Below, in pieces: positions 15,616-29,000 of a DNA stretch of 64,000 bases. Origin of the DNA: the human T2T-CHM13v2.0 reference genome, Homo sapiens; assembly GCF_009914755.1 (NCBI RefSeq), contig NC_060931.1; one strand, written 5' to 3'. The translations under genes and the position numbers were made by a program. Under the pieces are notes generated by a model that made no database searches, was not told where the DNA came from, and saw only the letters and a program-made list of their open reading frames with translations. The first letter of the stretch is position 1. Each line of letters starts with the position of its first letter.

Positions 15616-17131
15616 TTTGTCTTTTAATAGTAACCATTCTTTTTTTTTTTAAATAATATCCATTCTAACAGATGTGAGATGATACCTCATTGTGGTTTTA
15701 TTTTGTATTCATCTGATGATGAGTGATGTTGAGCATTTTTTATATACCTGTTGGTCATGTGTATATCTTCCTTTGTAAAATGTCTATTCAGTTTCTTTCC
15801 CATTTTTTAATCAAACTACTTGTTTTCTTATTATTGAGTTGTTTGAAGTTCTCATATATGTTGAATATTTAACTTACTAGATGTGTGATTTGCAAATATA
15901 TTCTCCCATTCCATAGGTCGTCTCTTTATTGCTTGTTTCCTTTACTGGGCAGAAGCTTTTTAGTTTGATGCAATCCCGTCGGTCTATTTCTACTTATATT
16001 GCCTGTGTTTTGGGGCTCATATCCAAATAATTCTTGCCTACATCAATGTCTTGGAACTTTCCCCTTGTATTTTCTTCTAGTGCAGTTTTTTATCTACATT
16101 TACAGTTGTTTATGGTGTGAGATGAGGGTTCAATTTCGTTCTGCATATCCAGAAGATATCTAGTGGATATATGCAGTTTCCCTGTACCATTTATGAAGAC
16201 ATTGCCTTTTCCCTTTTATGTGTTCTTAACATCTTTGTAGGAAGTCAACTGACTGTAAGTGCATGGATTTACTTCTAGGCCCTCTTTTCTGTTTCACTGA
16301 TCTTTGTGTCTGTTTTTATGCCAGTATCATGCTGTTTTCATTGCTATAGCTTCATAGTAGATTTTGAAAAGCAGACAGTTGTGATGCCTCCAGCTTTGTC
16401 TTTTTTGCTCAAGATTGTTTTGGCTATTGGGGTCTTTTGTGATTTCATACAAATTTTAAGATTTTTTTTTCGATTTCCGTGAAAAATATCATTTGAATTT
16501 TGATAGCAATTGTATTGAATCTGTGGATCACTTGGAGCAGTATAGACATTTTAACAATATTAATCCTCCAATCCATGAACATGGGATATCTGTCAATTTG
16601 TTGGTGTCTTCTTCAATTTCTTTCATCAATATTTTATCATTTTCTATGTACAGATCTTCCACCTCCTTGGTTATATTTATTGCTAAGTATTTTTTGGTGA
16701 CTATTATAAACAAATATCATTTTAAATTGATTTTGTAAACATCCCAGGTAACCCATGGAAAGGACTTCTATTATAAGTCTGTACATGTTTTGTCCACCCC
16801 TTTTTATACCAATGTATATATAAAATACAAAACAAATTAAAGTAATATATTTCAAAATATACTTTTAAGCAAAGGATCAAAACACCGCACAGTATTTGTA
16901 AGTAAAATGTGTTTTAATAATATTCAATGAAATTTATGAAATTTAAGTGTTCTTATTTTCCTTGTATAGGAAAATACTTTTATGTTTTTTCCCCAAGTGG
17001 AAATTGATTGACTAACTTACCAGAAACAATGCTTGACAGTGAATTATTATACAGATACCACAGTGTAATAAAGGTAATATTCTAAGAATTGCCTGTAACA
17101 GTAACAGCCCTTTGACCCAAAGATTCTATAG

Positions 17132-17428
<297 letters not shown>

Positions 17429-19266
17429 TAGAATTTTAAGAATGTAAAATTTTGCTTGAGTTAATCACTTTGTTAGTTATTTGCTATCATTCTTCAAGTA
17501 AGTAGACATAGAAATGACAGAAATTGAAAATATCATACTGTTATTTGTCAGTTTGCATCACCGTCATTATTCTTACTTTGTACTATGTGTCTATTCTACT
17601 CCACCATTCTCCTCTAGTGCCTGTTATCTAACTCATCTTCACAGCAACTATTTATTTCACAGAATGTTACTGCCCTGTAGATAGATGTGCTCAAGGTGTT
17701 CTTTATCTTATCCCCTACATACATTTCTTGTCTCATGTTTCCAAGACACATTAAACATGGCATAGCTAAGATCTTTAAAATAATTTTTAATTAAAGAAGA
17801 GTAGGGAGGTAGCAATACCATAGAAGCTCAAATCATGAGTGTCTAATTTGGTGTTGGCAGGGTAAGATTTTGACAAGATCCCTTTTGTAAAAATAGCTAT
17901 TTCCATGGCTGTGGAATCACAGGAAGGTCCTGAGTGTGTATTTTGGATTTGTCCTCAAATTTCAGAATGCCTCATTTCTGTATACCAGTGTCCCAGCTGT
18001 TGCAGACTTTGTAATGCATTAGTATTGGACTCCGAAATTGAGTTTCTGCCAGAGGATTCTGGCAGTAAGCATCCTCCTATAACAACAGACAAGTGATAGC
18101 AGTAGAAATCCCAGGGGACTTCACAATAGCATGTCTTAGGATTCAGTGTAATGGCTTAACTTCAACATAAAGATGATCAGAGTAAGTACAGCTTATTGTT
18201 CCACTCTGGTGAGTAGTCTGTTAGGTGCCAGTTATGTAAATGAAGATAATTACAAGAGAGTGCCAAAATGTGTCCTCCATGAGAAACTATGCAGTTCTTA
18301 AATAGGTCATTCTGCAATCATAAGAAGCCTTTGAGGGGGGCAGCAAAATCTCCCTTCTATGGAATAGGTTTAATGTCTTCCGAGACAATGGGAGAAAAGG
18401 GTCATTTCAAGCAGTGGCCATTTGGGATTTCTCCAAGATTACGAAGTATTTCTTTTTCCCAGTGTCACTCTCAGAAATAAGGTTTTAATTTCCAATTTTA
18501 TCCGTCTTTTTATAAGCATTCTTTCACATGTTTCCTTTCTGATAACAAACCAAAATGATTAATTTAAAGAAGAGAAATTTTAAACTGAAATCCAGTTTTA
18601 AAAAATATGTATGATAAAACAGCTTACATTAAATAGATATTCCTTTGGGCAGTAGCTTTATGTATTAAAAAAGTGAAGTCACTTTTTAGAAGAAACTTTA
18701 GCATACTCTTTATCACAGGATAAGTTACCTAGGTCCTTATCAATCCTATGGGTAATTTGATTTTTAGTAGTTTTGTCTCTTACCTTACATAAAAATTGCT
18801 TCTGTAAAACAATGACATTATTTTTCATGCTTCAAAATATAGTCATCCTTTTAAATCACTATCCACATGGAATCCCTCCCATCCCCTTGGAATTTTCATA
18901 TTTTTTAATGAAGTGTTCTTCCTCACAGTATTTTGATCTACCATATTTTGAATAACTAGTTTTAAAGATAGAGCATGACCAATGTAGTTTAGTGATGTAT
19001 GTCATATAGTATGTAACATAATGAAAAAACAAAAAGACTTAAAAGCAACACTATCAGGTAATTTTTTGCAAACTCAGACAGAGTAGGGAACATTGCCTCT
19101 TTGTCTACATTTTTATCTCTAGTATCTAACAAAAAGTTACATTAATAAATATTAATTTGATAGACTTAATAAAGGAGTTAGAAAATAAATATTAGTTAAA
19201 TGAATGAGTGAAATATCTGGTACAATGGCCCATTCAATTCACTAATTCTAAGTGAAAATACAAACA

Positions 19267-19300
19267 TAGGTAGGTAGGTAGATAGATAGATAGACAGATA
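19267..19300. repeat. (TAGG)n(TAGA)n tetranucleotide repeat
   Basis: taggtaggtaggtagatagatagatagacagata. Confidence 0.85.
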
Positions 19301-19349
19301 TTAGATATATTTTTTAAAACATCAATTTCTAACAAAGGAGGCAAAGCAA

Positions 19350-19660
19350 GGTAAAATATTTTTGCCTGTTAGTTTAGAAAATACTAAAAAAAGAATGATA
19401 ATGTATACTATGGAGTATGGTGGAATGGGCATTCCATACAGTGAGTTGGGATTGCAAATGACTATAATCATTCTGAAAAGGCATTATGATAATGTGTATC
19501 AAAATCTAATATCTGACTATGATTTGACCCAACAATTAAACTTTTGGGAGATAATTACAAGGCTGTCTTATAAGGAAGTTCATTGCAATATTATTTAAAA
19601 TTACAAAAATGGGAAAAGTCTAAATATCTATCAGAAGAGGATTGTATTAAAGAAAATTGA
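19350..19660 (+). mobile_element. Highly degraded L1M/L1ME fragment
   Basis: ...tttgacccaacaatt...gttcattgcaatattattt...ctaaatatctatcagaagagg resembles the L1M ORF2 end. Confidence 0.5.
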
Positions 19661-19967
19661 GCTTTCTAAAGACTGGAAATAATGGTGTGCTTTGGTGAAT
19701 TTGAAATTTGTTTCTATTTTTATTGCAAAAGAACTGTATGGTGTTTGCCTAAATAAGTGATTATTTTACATAGAGTACTAAAGATAGATGTACATGGATA
19801 TTAGTAAATATTTAAAAGATTTTAATAGAATTCTAATTTCATGGATAATTGAGTCTGAAAAAGCATGAACACTACTTGGATTTTTATGTAAATAAATTCG
19901 TAAACTGAATAACAAAATATCCATTATGTGTATATCCTTTTTCTAGACCCATGCTTAAAAGGGAGAT

Positions 19968-20176
19968 TAGAGTGAGACCCCAACTCTACCAAAAACAAAC
20001 AAACAAAACAACTGGGTATGGTAGCATGCCTCTAGTCCTAGCTATTCAAGAGCCTGAAGCAGGAAGCTTGCATGAGCCCAGGAGTTCTAGGTTACAGTGG
20101 ACTCTGAGTCTACCACTGTACTCCAGCCTGGGCAAAACAGCAGGACACTGTCTCAAAAAAAAAAAAAAAAAAAAAA
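19968..20176 (+). mobile_element. 5'-truncated AluJ-like element
   Basis: End of left arm, linker, diverged right arm and A22 tail; flanking aaaaggg repeated. Confidence 0.85.
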
Positions 20177-22612
20177 GGGTAGGGGTGCCGTTTAGAGAAT
20201 GATTTCTTTTTATACTTAAACAATCTGCCTAAAATAATTGAAGGATTCTAACTGGAGACAGTGAGATAACACTTTTGTGACAACCAATAGTAATTTTTTG
20301 GATCTTCACTTAAAAAAATAATGAAAGAGGTAAAGAATATATTGTGGTAAAGTCATGGGTAAAAATATTTTAATTTAACTTGATAAAGGAAAAGAAATAT
20401 TATGCTAATTTCAGTGTTATTTTAGATCACTAGTTGGTCCTCTACAGTCATTAGTGTAAAGGTCTGTAAAGGAGCTACTGTGTGCAAGGCAGTGTCATGG
20501 TTCCTGGAGGGAATGCTACTTTCTTTACTTAGTGTACCATTTGCATCTCAGATATCTGGAACCAGCTAAAATATGCATGCATTTTACAAGTTTAAAAATA
20601 TCTAAAGAAACATACTTTTCAATTAAATGTCTTTTAAATGACTAGGTGCCAGCTACTATGCTGTGCATTCTTGGGGTTATAAAAGATGATTTAGAAACAT
20701 TTCCAGCCCTTAGAAAGTTTACAATAGTAGATGTTAAGGGAAATTGAATGTATTCTCCTAAGAAGTAAGTTTTCTTAGGTTAGGTGAGGTAGGTTCTTCA
20801 ATAGAAATGCTTCTTGTGCTTCTTGTGCTAATGCAAAATGAAGGGGTTTGCTTCCTGGTTTGGGATTTTATATGTGTCTTCAACAAGTGGGCCACTGACA
20901 AAAGCTTGTTAAAAAAACAGTGGATGAGGGAGAAACTTGTTTTTTCTACCAGCCTGAGTTTCACTGTGGTAATGGAAGTAAGTGAAAACAAAACAGCAGT
21001 GGGATATTCACCTTTAAGAACTTCGTTCCCTAGCAAGTCATTTCCTACAAGCAAGAATCCTTCCTTGGTCTTCCAGCTACTGGCTCTTAAACTGCTGATA
21101 GCTACCAACAGGCAACCATTTTCTAAGTGGATATTTGTACATTTTTATTTATATACATATTTTCTACAATCATATTGTAGATAATTCAATATAAGAAATA
21201 ATTTTGAAATCAGAAATATGTTTTAACTTCTTTGAGGTTACAGGACACTTGACAAGATTTTTAGGGCTTAAGTCCAAAGGACACCGTAAAATTTACATGG
21301 ATGTAGTTACAAAATTATTAAGGAATGATTATTTTCACCATTAGTTTGTATCTTATTTTATTGAAAAGAACACTCGTATCACATTATAATGTTCATAACT
21401 CTAATTTACCACATAATATGCTAAAGATAATCTAACCTAAATTTCTTAATGGCTAGAATAGAAAACAGATTTCTCCCTCAGGTGAGTTTGCCCAAGATCT
21501 GTAAAATGTATCTTTGTGAATTGGCTTCAAAATGTTACACAGGCATATATATGCTTCATACTTTACCTTACAAACATAAATTTCAAAAATTTTATATTTA
21601 TATAAATAAAAATAAATTATATGATCTAAATATAAATGCATTTCTTCTTTCATTTATTTCATTCTTTTAATAGTATTTTCAAATTATTATAATATTTCAT
21701 CAGTAATTGGTTCTTTGTGGCTAACATTTCTTATCTTCAATGAGCTTTGTGTTTCACAATTTACATTACCCTGTAAAATTTGTAAATTGTAAACTGGGAA
21801 GAAGGAATTTATTCAGAGATCATCAATGATAGGGATGAGATCATACAGAAACTCAGAATGGTGCTGGGATTAGAACTTGAATTTTCTGATGCCTCCTTGG
21901 CATCTCTGTCATTTTGTTTCTAAGAATATTCTAATATTAGCTTTAGGGTCTCTCTTTTAGATGTTCTGAGCTCACTGTTTATGCACCTGCACTAACCAAG
22001 GCCTCTCTCTTCTCAAATGGTTTTTCCCTCACCATCCCTTTCCTCCCCTGGTTCCAGCCTCGGTGACATATGCAGAGGCTATCTGCCTCAAGCCTCTTTC
22101 CTGTAGATCTGCGGTAGCATTTCCTTGCCTTGGTACCATGCAGGGTCATAATCTTTGTCTTGGGGTTTCTGGCTACTGATCCTCATCATTTCTGAAAGGA
22201 AGGTGAATAGAGAACCGAAGTTTTGTTTTTTTCTCTTCTGTGCCTCCAATTGCAGAAAGCTAGAATGTGAACTCTGAAACTTTTCCTCTGCTTTTCTTCC
22301 TCTGCTTTTCTTCGACTGTCTTTTTGCAAAAACATGTTCACTCACTCTTCCTTTGGAGTGGTCCATCTCATCCTTTTGCTATCCATTAATAACCTCGTGA
22401 GCGTTCCTTCTCACAGAAACGCAGCCTAAGCCCTCAAGTCACTCTCCTAGCTAACCTGTCAAATATAGATAAGATGGCTTTATTACTCTTATGAGGACTA
22501 AAAAACATTTCCACTGATGAAATGAATAGTATATTTATGTTTAAGTGGGCAACTTGGTGTAAACAATCTTGTTACCTTGGTTACATATTCTGAAATGCTT
22601 ACTTTTTCTAAC

Positions 22613-22693
22613 TAGAGTTGTCAGGTTTAGCAAGTAAAAATAGAAGTAAATTCAAATTTAACTGGGAATCTTCTATTTTATCTGGCAACTCTA
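22613..22693. mobile_element. Internally deleted MER53-like hAT MITE
   Basis: TIRs TAGAGTTGTCAG / CTGGCAACTCTA, internal aaattcaaatttaactggg, degenerate 8-bp TSD tttctaac/cttttaac. Confidence 0.7.
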
Positions 22694-23112
22694 CTTTTAA
22701 CTTCATCAGAAAATAGTACATATTGTTTAATGCTTTGTTTATAGATGATAACGTTTTGTATTTGGTATGGCAGAAGAAGATTATTATTAAAAATTTTTCA
22801 TCTTTAATATTGGCCTTTTTTTCTGTAGTGAACATCCTAAATCTAGTGCTTAATAATTTCAGAGACACTTTTTTAAGGGGAGTAAAATTCCTTTACAATA
22901 TAAGCTTGTATGTCTTATTTATCTTCATAAAAAATAAAGAAAAAGAAAAAGAATTTGCTTGGAATTATTTATGTTGTTCTAGTTGGCATAACTAGCAATG
23001 CTGTTAATAACTCAGAATTTGTTTTGTTCTCTTTATACCCTGAACAGCTCTTTATTTGAGTCTTTTACTGCATAAAAGTCCCTTCAGTTATATAATTTTC
23101 CTGACTACCCCT

Positions 23113-23310
23113 TGTAGAAAGAGAATGAGCTTCAGAGTCAGCCAGATAGTTGTTCAGATCTCTTATGCCACTCCAAGGCTCTGGTGAAAAAGCTTGGACA
23201 TATAACCTAACTATGCTGAGTCTCAGTTTATACATCTGTGATAAAAAGAGGGTGTTTTGAGGATTAAATTTAGAATTATAACTGGCATATCATGAGCACT
23301 TAATCATTAA
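23113..23310 (+). mobile_element. MIR SINE
   Basis: ctgagtctcagtttatacatctgtga core and gaggattaaat 3' block. Confidence 0.65.
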
Positions 23311-24377
23311 TTTTTCTTTTCTTTTTACTTTACTTTGTTTTTACTGAACCCTTATAGTCACTTTTTGTAATACCTTTTAATGGCTTACAGTACATTTCTA
23401 CATTGCGACGTAATTAAATTGAATATATTTTATCTTTCCTACCATACTAAAAGATTCTTTTGTGCAAGTGACCCTATACATTGGGTGTATTGTATATGTG
23501 CATATTCATTCAGATGTGGTGATATAGGATGGGAGAGTAGGGGTTGTATCTCACAATACATTCATGAAATTATATATCCCTTCCCTTAAAGTCCTAGAGG
23601 AGATTAAAATACAACTTTTCAAAATATCATAGAACATGACTCTATTAAGATACTCTTTCTATCCAATGGGACATTATCTAACTTGGACAGATTGCAGAAC
23701 TAAATGCATATTGAGGTAAACTTTCAGGATTTACACTATGCTAGACCCATTAGTTAAAATGTACATACCTTTTTAGCAAACCCACTAAAGCTAGTAATCA
23801 GGAGTTAGTTTCAAATGACTAGTATTATATATTTCCAAGCATCATATACCTAGAAGAACTGATACTCACTGGAGGAACCCGAATTCCAAAAGTCTTCGCC
23901 TGGAATAATACTACTTTATACTTTAGCTTTTAAAATACTTTTAAGTACATTATCCTCTCTGGCTTCACAAATCACTTACATGTGAAGTTAAGTATTACTA
24001 GCTGTATTAAATTAGAGCAGTAGAAAAGTAAGTAGTTCTTCATTTAGTCCTGGAGGCAATATTCCAGAAGAAAATACCGATATATTTATATGTCATCAGT
24101 GTATGTGGAAGCACATTTTATATTCTAACAGCAGTTTAAATACCACTTTTTACCTATCAGCTATATTTCTCAGAACAGTGATAGAAAAGCTTCCCACTTT
24201 TGTTTCTCCTGAAATTCCAATCTCTCTCTCATTCTCAAAAGATAACCACACCTCTTTATTTTCTGAATTAGTTGAGACCATCCACTGTGAGCTCTTTCCA
24301 TTTCCTACCTCTGCATGTCAAAGTCACCTGTCCTCCCATCTCTTCAGCCTGTCTCCTCCCCATAAGTCTATCACCTA

Positions 24378-24753
<376 letters not shown>

Positions 24754-24826
24754 AGTTTTTAAAAAATATTTATTAAGCTCATTATTATGTTTCTTTATTA
24801 AAAAAAAAAAAAAAAAAAAAAAAAAG

Positions 24827-25147
<321 letters not shown>

Positions 25148-25404
25148 TCAAACTGTAACTCTCTTTTATTTTAGTCTTCACAGAAGTAATCAAAACAATT
25201 GTTTGCACTCATGGCTATGGTTTTCCCCATTAATTCCCTAGTAACTCTCTGCAAACTACTTCTACTTCAGTACCCTATAGGAACTGATATCTGATAGGTC
25301 ACATACAAATCAGATCAACATGAACTTTTCAACAAATCTTGACCTTTTTGAGTTTTTGATGTTTGAAGATAGTATCATTCATCCTGTCCTCTCACAATTT
25401 TTTA

Positions 25405-26002
25405 ATATATAACAACTTTATTGAGATATAATTTATGTATCACAAAACCTACCCTTTTAATGTATACAATTCAGGGAGTTTTTAGCATATTCACTAGGTT
25501 GTTCAACTATCACCACTGTTTAATTCCAGAACATTCTCATCACCCTAAAAAGAAACCCCATTCTCATTAGCAGTCACTTTCCATTCTATCTTACGTCTGG
25601 GCCCTTGTAACCACTAATCTATTTTTTTTTTTTTTTTGTCTCTTTAGGTATATCTATTCCAGGCATATTATACAAATGGAATGATACAGTATATGATTTT
25701 TGTTACTGACTTTTTTTATTTAGCATAATGTTTTCAAGGTTTATCCATGTTGTAGCAGGTATCAATATTCCATTCACTTTTATGGACAAATATTCTATTA
25801 AATAAATATACCGTATTTTATCTATTCATGAGTTGAAGGGAATTTGGGTTGTTTACATCTTTTGCTATTATGCATGATGTTGATATGAACAATTATGTTC
25901 AACTTTTTGTGGGAATGTAAGTTTTTTTTTCTCTTGGGTATATATTGTACCTTGGGTGGAATTAATGGATCATGTGGTAATTCTTTGTTTAACCTTTTCC
26001 AG
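25405..26002 (-). mobile_element. L1MB-type 3' end
   Basis: aactttattgagatataatt...ttccagaacattctcatcaccctaaaaagaaacccc...ttttcaaggtttatccatgttgtagca. Confidence 0.8.
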
Positions 26003-29000
26003 AAATCTTTTGGACTTCTATTACTGTGCCGTCCTCACAATTCATTGTCTTCCTTTTCACTATTTCCTCATCTCCTTTCAAGAAAGTATTCTGCAGTTTG
26101 GGGTCTTGACTCTTCCTCTCTCTGTGGTGTCTTTACCAACAATCTAATAAACTCCCTTTGCCTTAACTATTCACCTATGTCTTACTTTTGGAAATCTGTT
26201 GTCAGTGGGATCACTCTGATCACCCTCAACCTAGAGCTCTGCATTATATTTACTGTCTACTAAAGAAATCTTCTCTTGATTATTCTGCCATCAGGCAAAC
26301 AGCATAATCTTCTCTCCAAAGGCTGTGTTTTATAATCTAATTTCCTCCCTTTTAGTAGTGGCGCAGCTGTTCTTTCAGTTTCTTTTGACTTACAATTTTG
26401 GAGTCATCACTGACTCCTCCTAGCCTTTACCTCATACCCATTTACTAAGTTGTGCCAGCTCTTCTTTGACAGTACCTCTCATGATTCTTGTTTTGAACTA
26501 ACATGATTCATGTTATTCTTATCTCTTATTTGGACAGTTGCACGTACGTTTTTACAAGTCTTTATACCTCTGTCTTGTCTCACTCTCTTCATCCCTTATC
26601 TATCCTTTACAACATGACTTCAGTATTGTCCTGGGCCAGGCTTATTTTATTGCCAGATTTCAGCAAAATTTGTTCTTACCTGCTATATAACATGAAGACT
26701 CTTTGTCATTTATTGTTTAGTTTATCCAATAATTAGCCCCAAACAATCTTCTCACCATGTTTTACTAGTTCCTAGACTAAGCGTATGCTCTATCCAAGAT
26801 CAATTATTTTCTTTTCACTATATATAATCTCACATTTTCTTTGTTCCTACTTGGCATGGCCTTCTGTCATCTCCACGAAATGATTCTCATGTAACTCCAG
26901 CCCAAATATTATATCCTCCATAAAAATTTCAATGAGCTTCTCAACAAAAAATAATTTCTTTTACTTATGAACTCCTGAAGCATTTTTAAAACATTGTCTA
27001 TGGCCTTTTGACATTCAACTGGATCTTTCTTATTAAACAATAAGCTTTTGAAGATAGAAACAATGTCATATCACCCCTTCTATCTCCACAAGTGTGCAGT
27101 GCTTTGTTCTTTGCTAGGTATATGGGATATAGTCACAAACATTTTTAAGGACAAACACTTTTATGTATTTTATTCTTCCAAATATTTTCCCAAATGCTAC
27201 TTCTCCTACAGTCTTACTTTTAAGTTGAAGAGCATATGCAGAACAGAGGATTCAAATAATAGTTTACATTTACATATTGTAGTATAATTTAGTAGCATGT
27301 ATTTTTCAGTTAATATCTGATATACTGGTTGAAATCATAGCAATACAGCAGTAATGAGTCTTCAATACATATCCAAACAAAAGATGATATTGGTCTCATA
27401 ATGAAAAAAAAAACCCTGCTAAGGTATGTGTAAAACAAAAAGTAAATCTAAAATCTATTTGGGAAAATAATAAAATGTTTTATAGCAGAAAGATAAATAA
27501 TCAAAAGAATGCACAAAAACTATTATAGTTACTGGAACATGTCCCATGATAAACAGAAGTTGTAAAAGCAATAATTTTAGTAAAATCAGTCCTAATTTAT
27601 CTTTACCTTTCATTCCTTAGAATTTTAAAGTTGGACGGAATTCATTAATATGTATTTAAAATTATTGTAGGTAATATTAGGATATTACATTAGCAATTTA
27701 TTACCATTAGCAATAGAATAGTGAAGAACATAGAGCTAGGAATATCAGGCTACTTGATGTACTGCACCTTATAGAATGCTGACTCTGAGGAAGAGAATGT
27801 GTTCTCCCTTTTAAACTCATTCTACAGCTGAAAAAAACAAAATCTGTCTTAGATGTTAGTTACTGTTAACTCACAGGCTTATTTCATAGAATTTCTGAGG
27901 TCATCTGGGGGTTTGGAGCCATAATGAAATATACTGAATATTGGGTTTGGACTTGAACCTTGAAGAATTTATTCTCACTTCTGAGGATGACTTGAGGATC
28001 CATTCCATCACACATTCAATACCCTGATTGTCTCTCCTTTGGCTCTACATCATAAGATATTTGATTGGTAAATAGGATGCTTTGTAAGTAATTACTCTTA
28101 TTAAAGTACTCTTATTATAGTGTAGTATTATTTTATAATTATTATACAATAAGTAGTCTTAGTATCTCAATTTGGCCTCCATAGTGATGTACAGTGTAAA
28201 TATATCCACACATTAATTTTCTAACTTTATGTAACATATACTGTAAAAATATCATTTTAAAAATATTCTTTAATAATTAGCTTTTAAAACAAACAGTCTA
28301 ATTATGTATCAGGCATGAAAAAATAAAAGGTCAATAGCTACAGATGCATAATTTCACTCTGATAGATTGCTATTTGAAAATAGGTTATGCCAATTAGATG
28401 ATTAATTTTCTTCTATTAAATAACATTATGAGACTTCGGATTACATGTATCAGTATATTCTCTTTAGTGGGAACATAATATGAAGAAAGGCCAAACAGAA
28501 TACGAATTTATATCCTTTCTGGAAGGATCTGAATATACTTTTTATCAACCACACTTGGGAAGATAATTAGAAAATTAAACTCTGTTTGAAAACTTATTTT
28601 ATGTTTCGTATTCAAAGTAACATGTTGAAGACACAATGTGTTAAAGGTTAAACTATATGAATATGAGGAACAAAAATCTGGGTGTCCTGCTGGCAATTTT
28701 TTTTTGGTTCTGGTTATCTGCAAAGTATACACCCCTTGTCAGTATAACTAGGGAGTGACTGTGTAAACATTCTTGTTTCGCCTGTTCCACATAATCGTTT
28801 CTTGTATCATATTTCTTCTGACCTCACTATCTGAAACCAATTACAGGAGATCCATTTGGGCTGCATCTATTTTCATAAGAAGCCTAGGCAACAGTGTTTT
28901 TCTCAGAGATGAATATCAACATCAAATATGCTTCTGAGTGCTTTGTTATTTATGTTTCAGAGAGATTTTGTAGCCTTCAGCTCTCAAGAATGTGTCACGC

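Noticed and set aside
16970-17073. AG...GT-bounded 104-nt pseudoexon
   Set aside because: Only moderate splice sites; such pairs are common in long introns; no supporting evidence.
20758-21184. Overlapping opposite-strand ORFs of 125 and 116 aa in unique sequence
   Set aside because: No recognisable domain, promoter or exon structure; composition typical of AT-rich chance ORFs.
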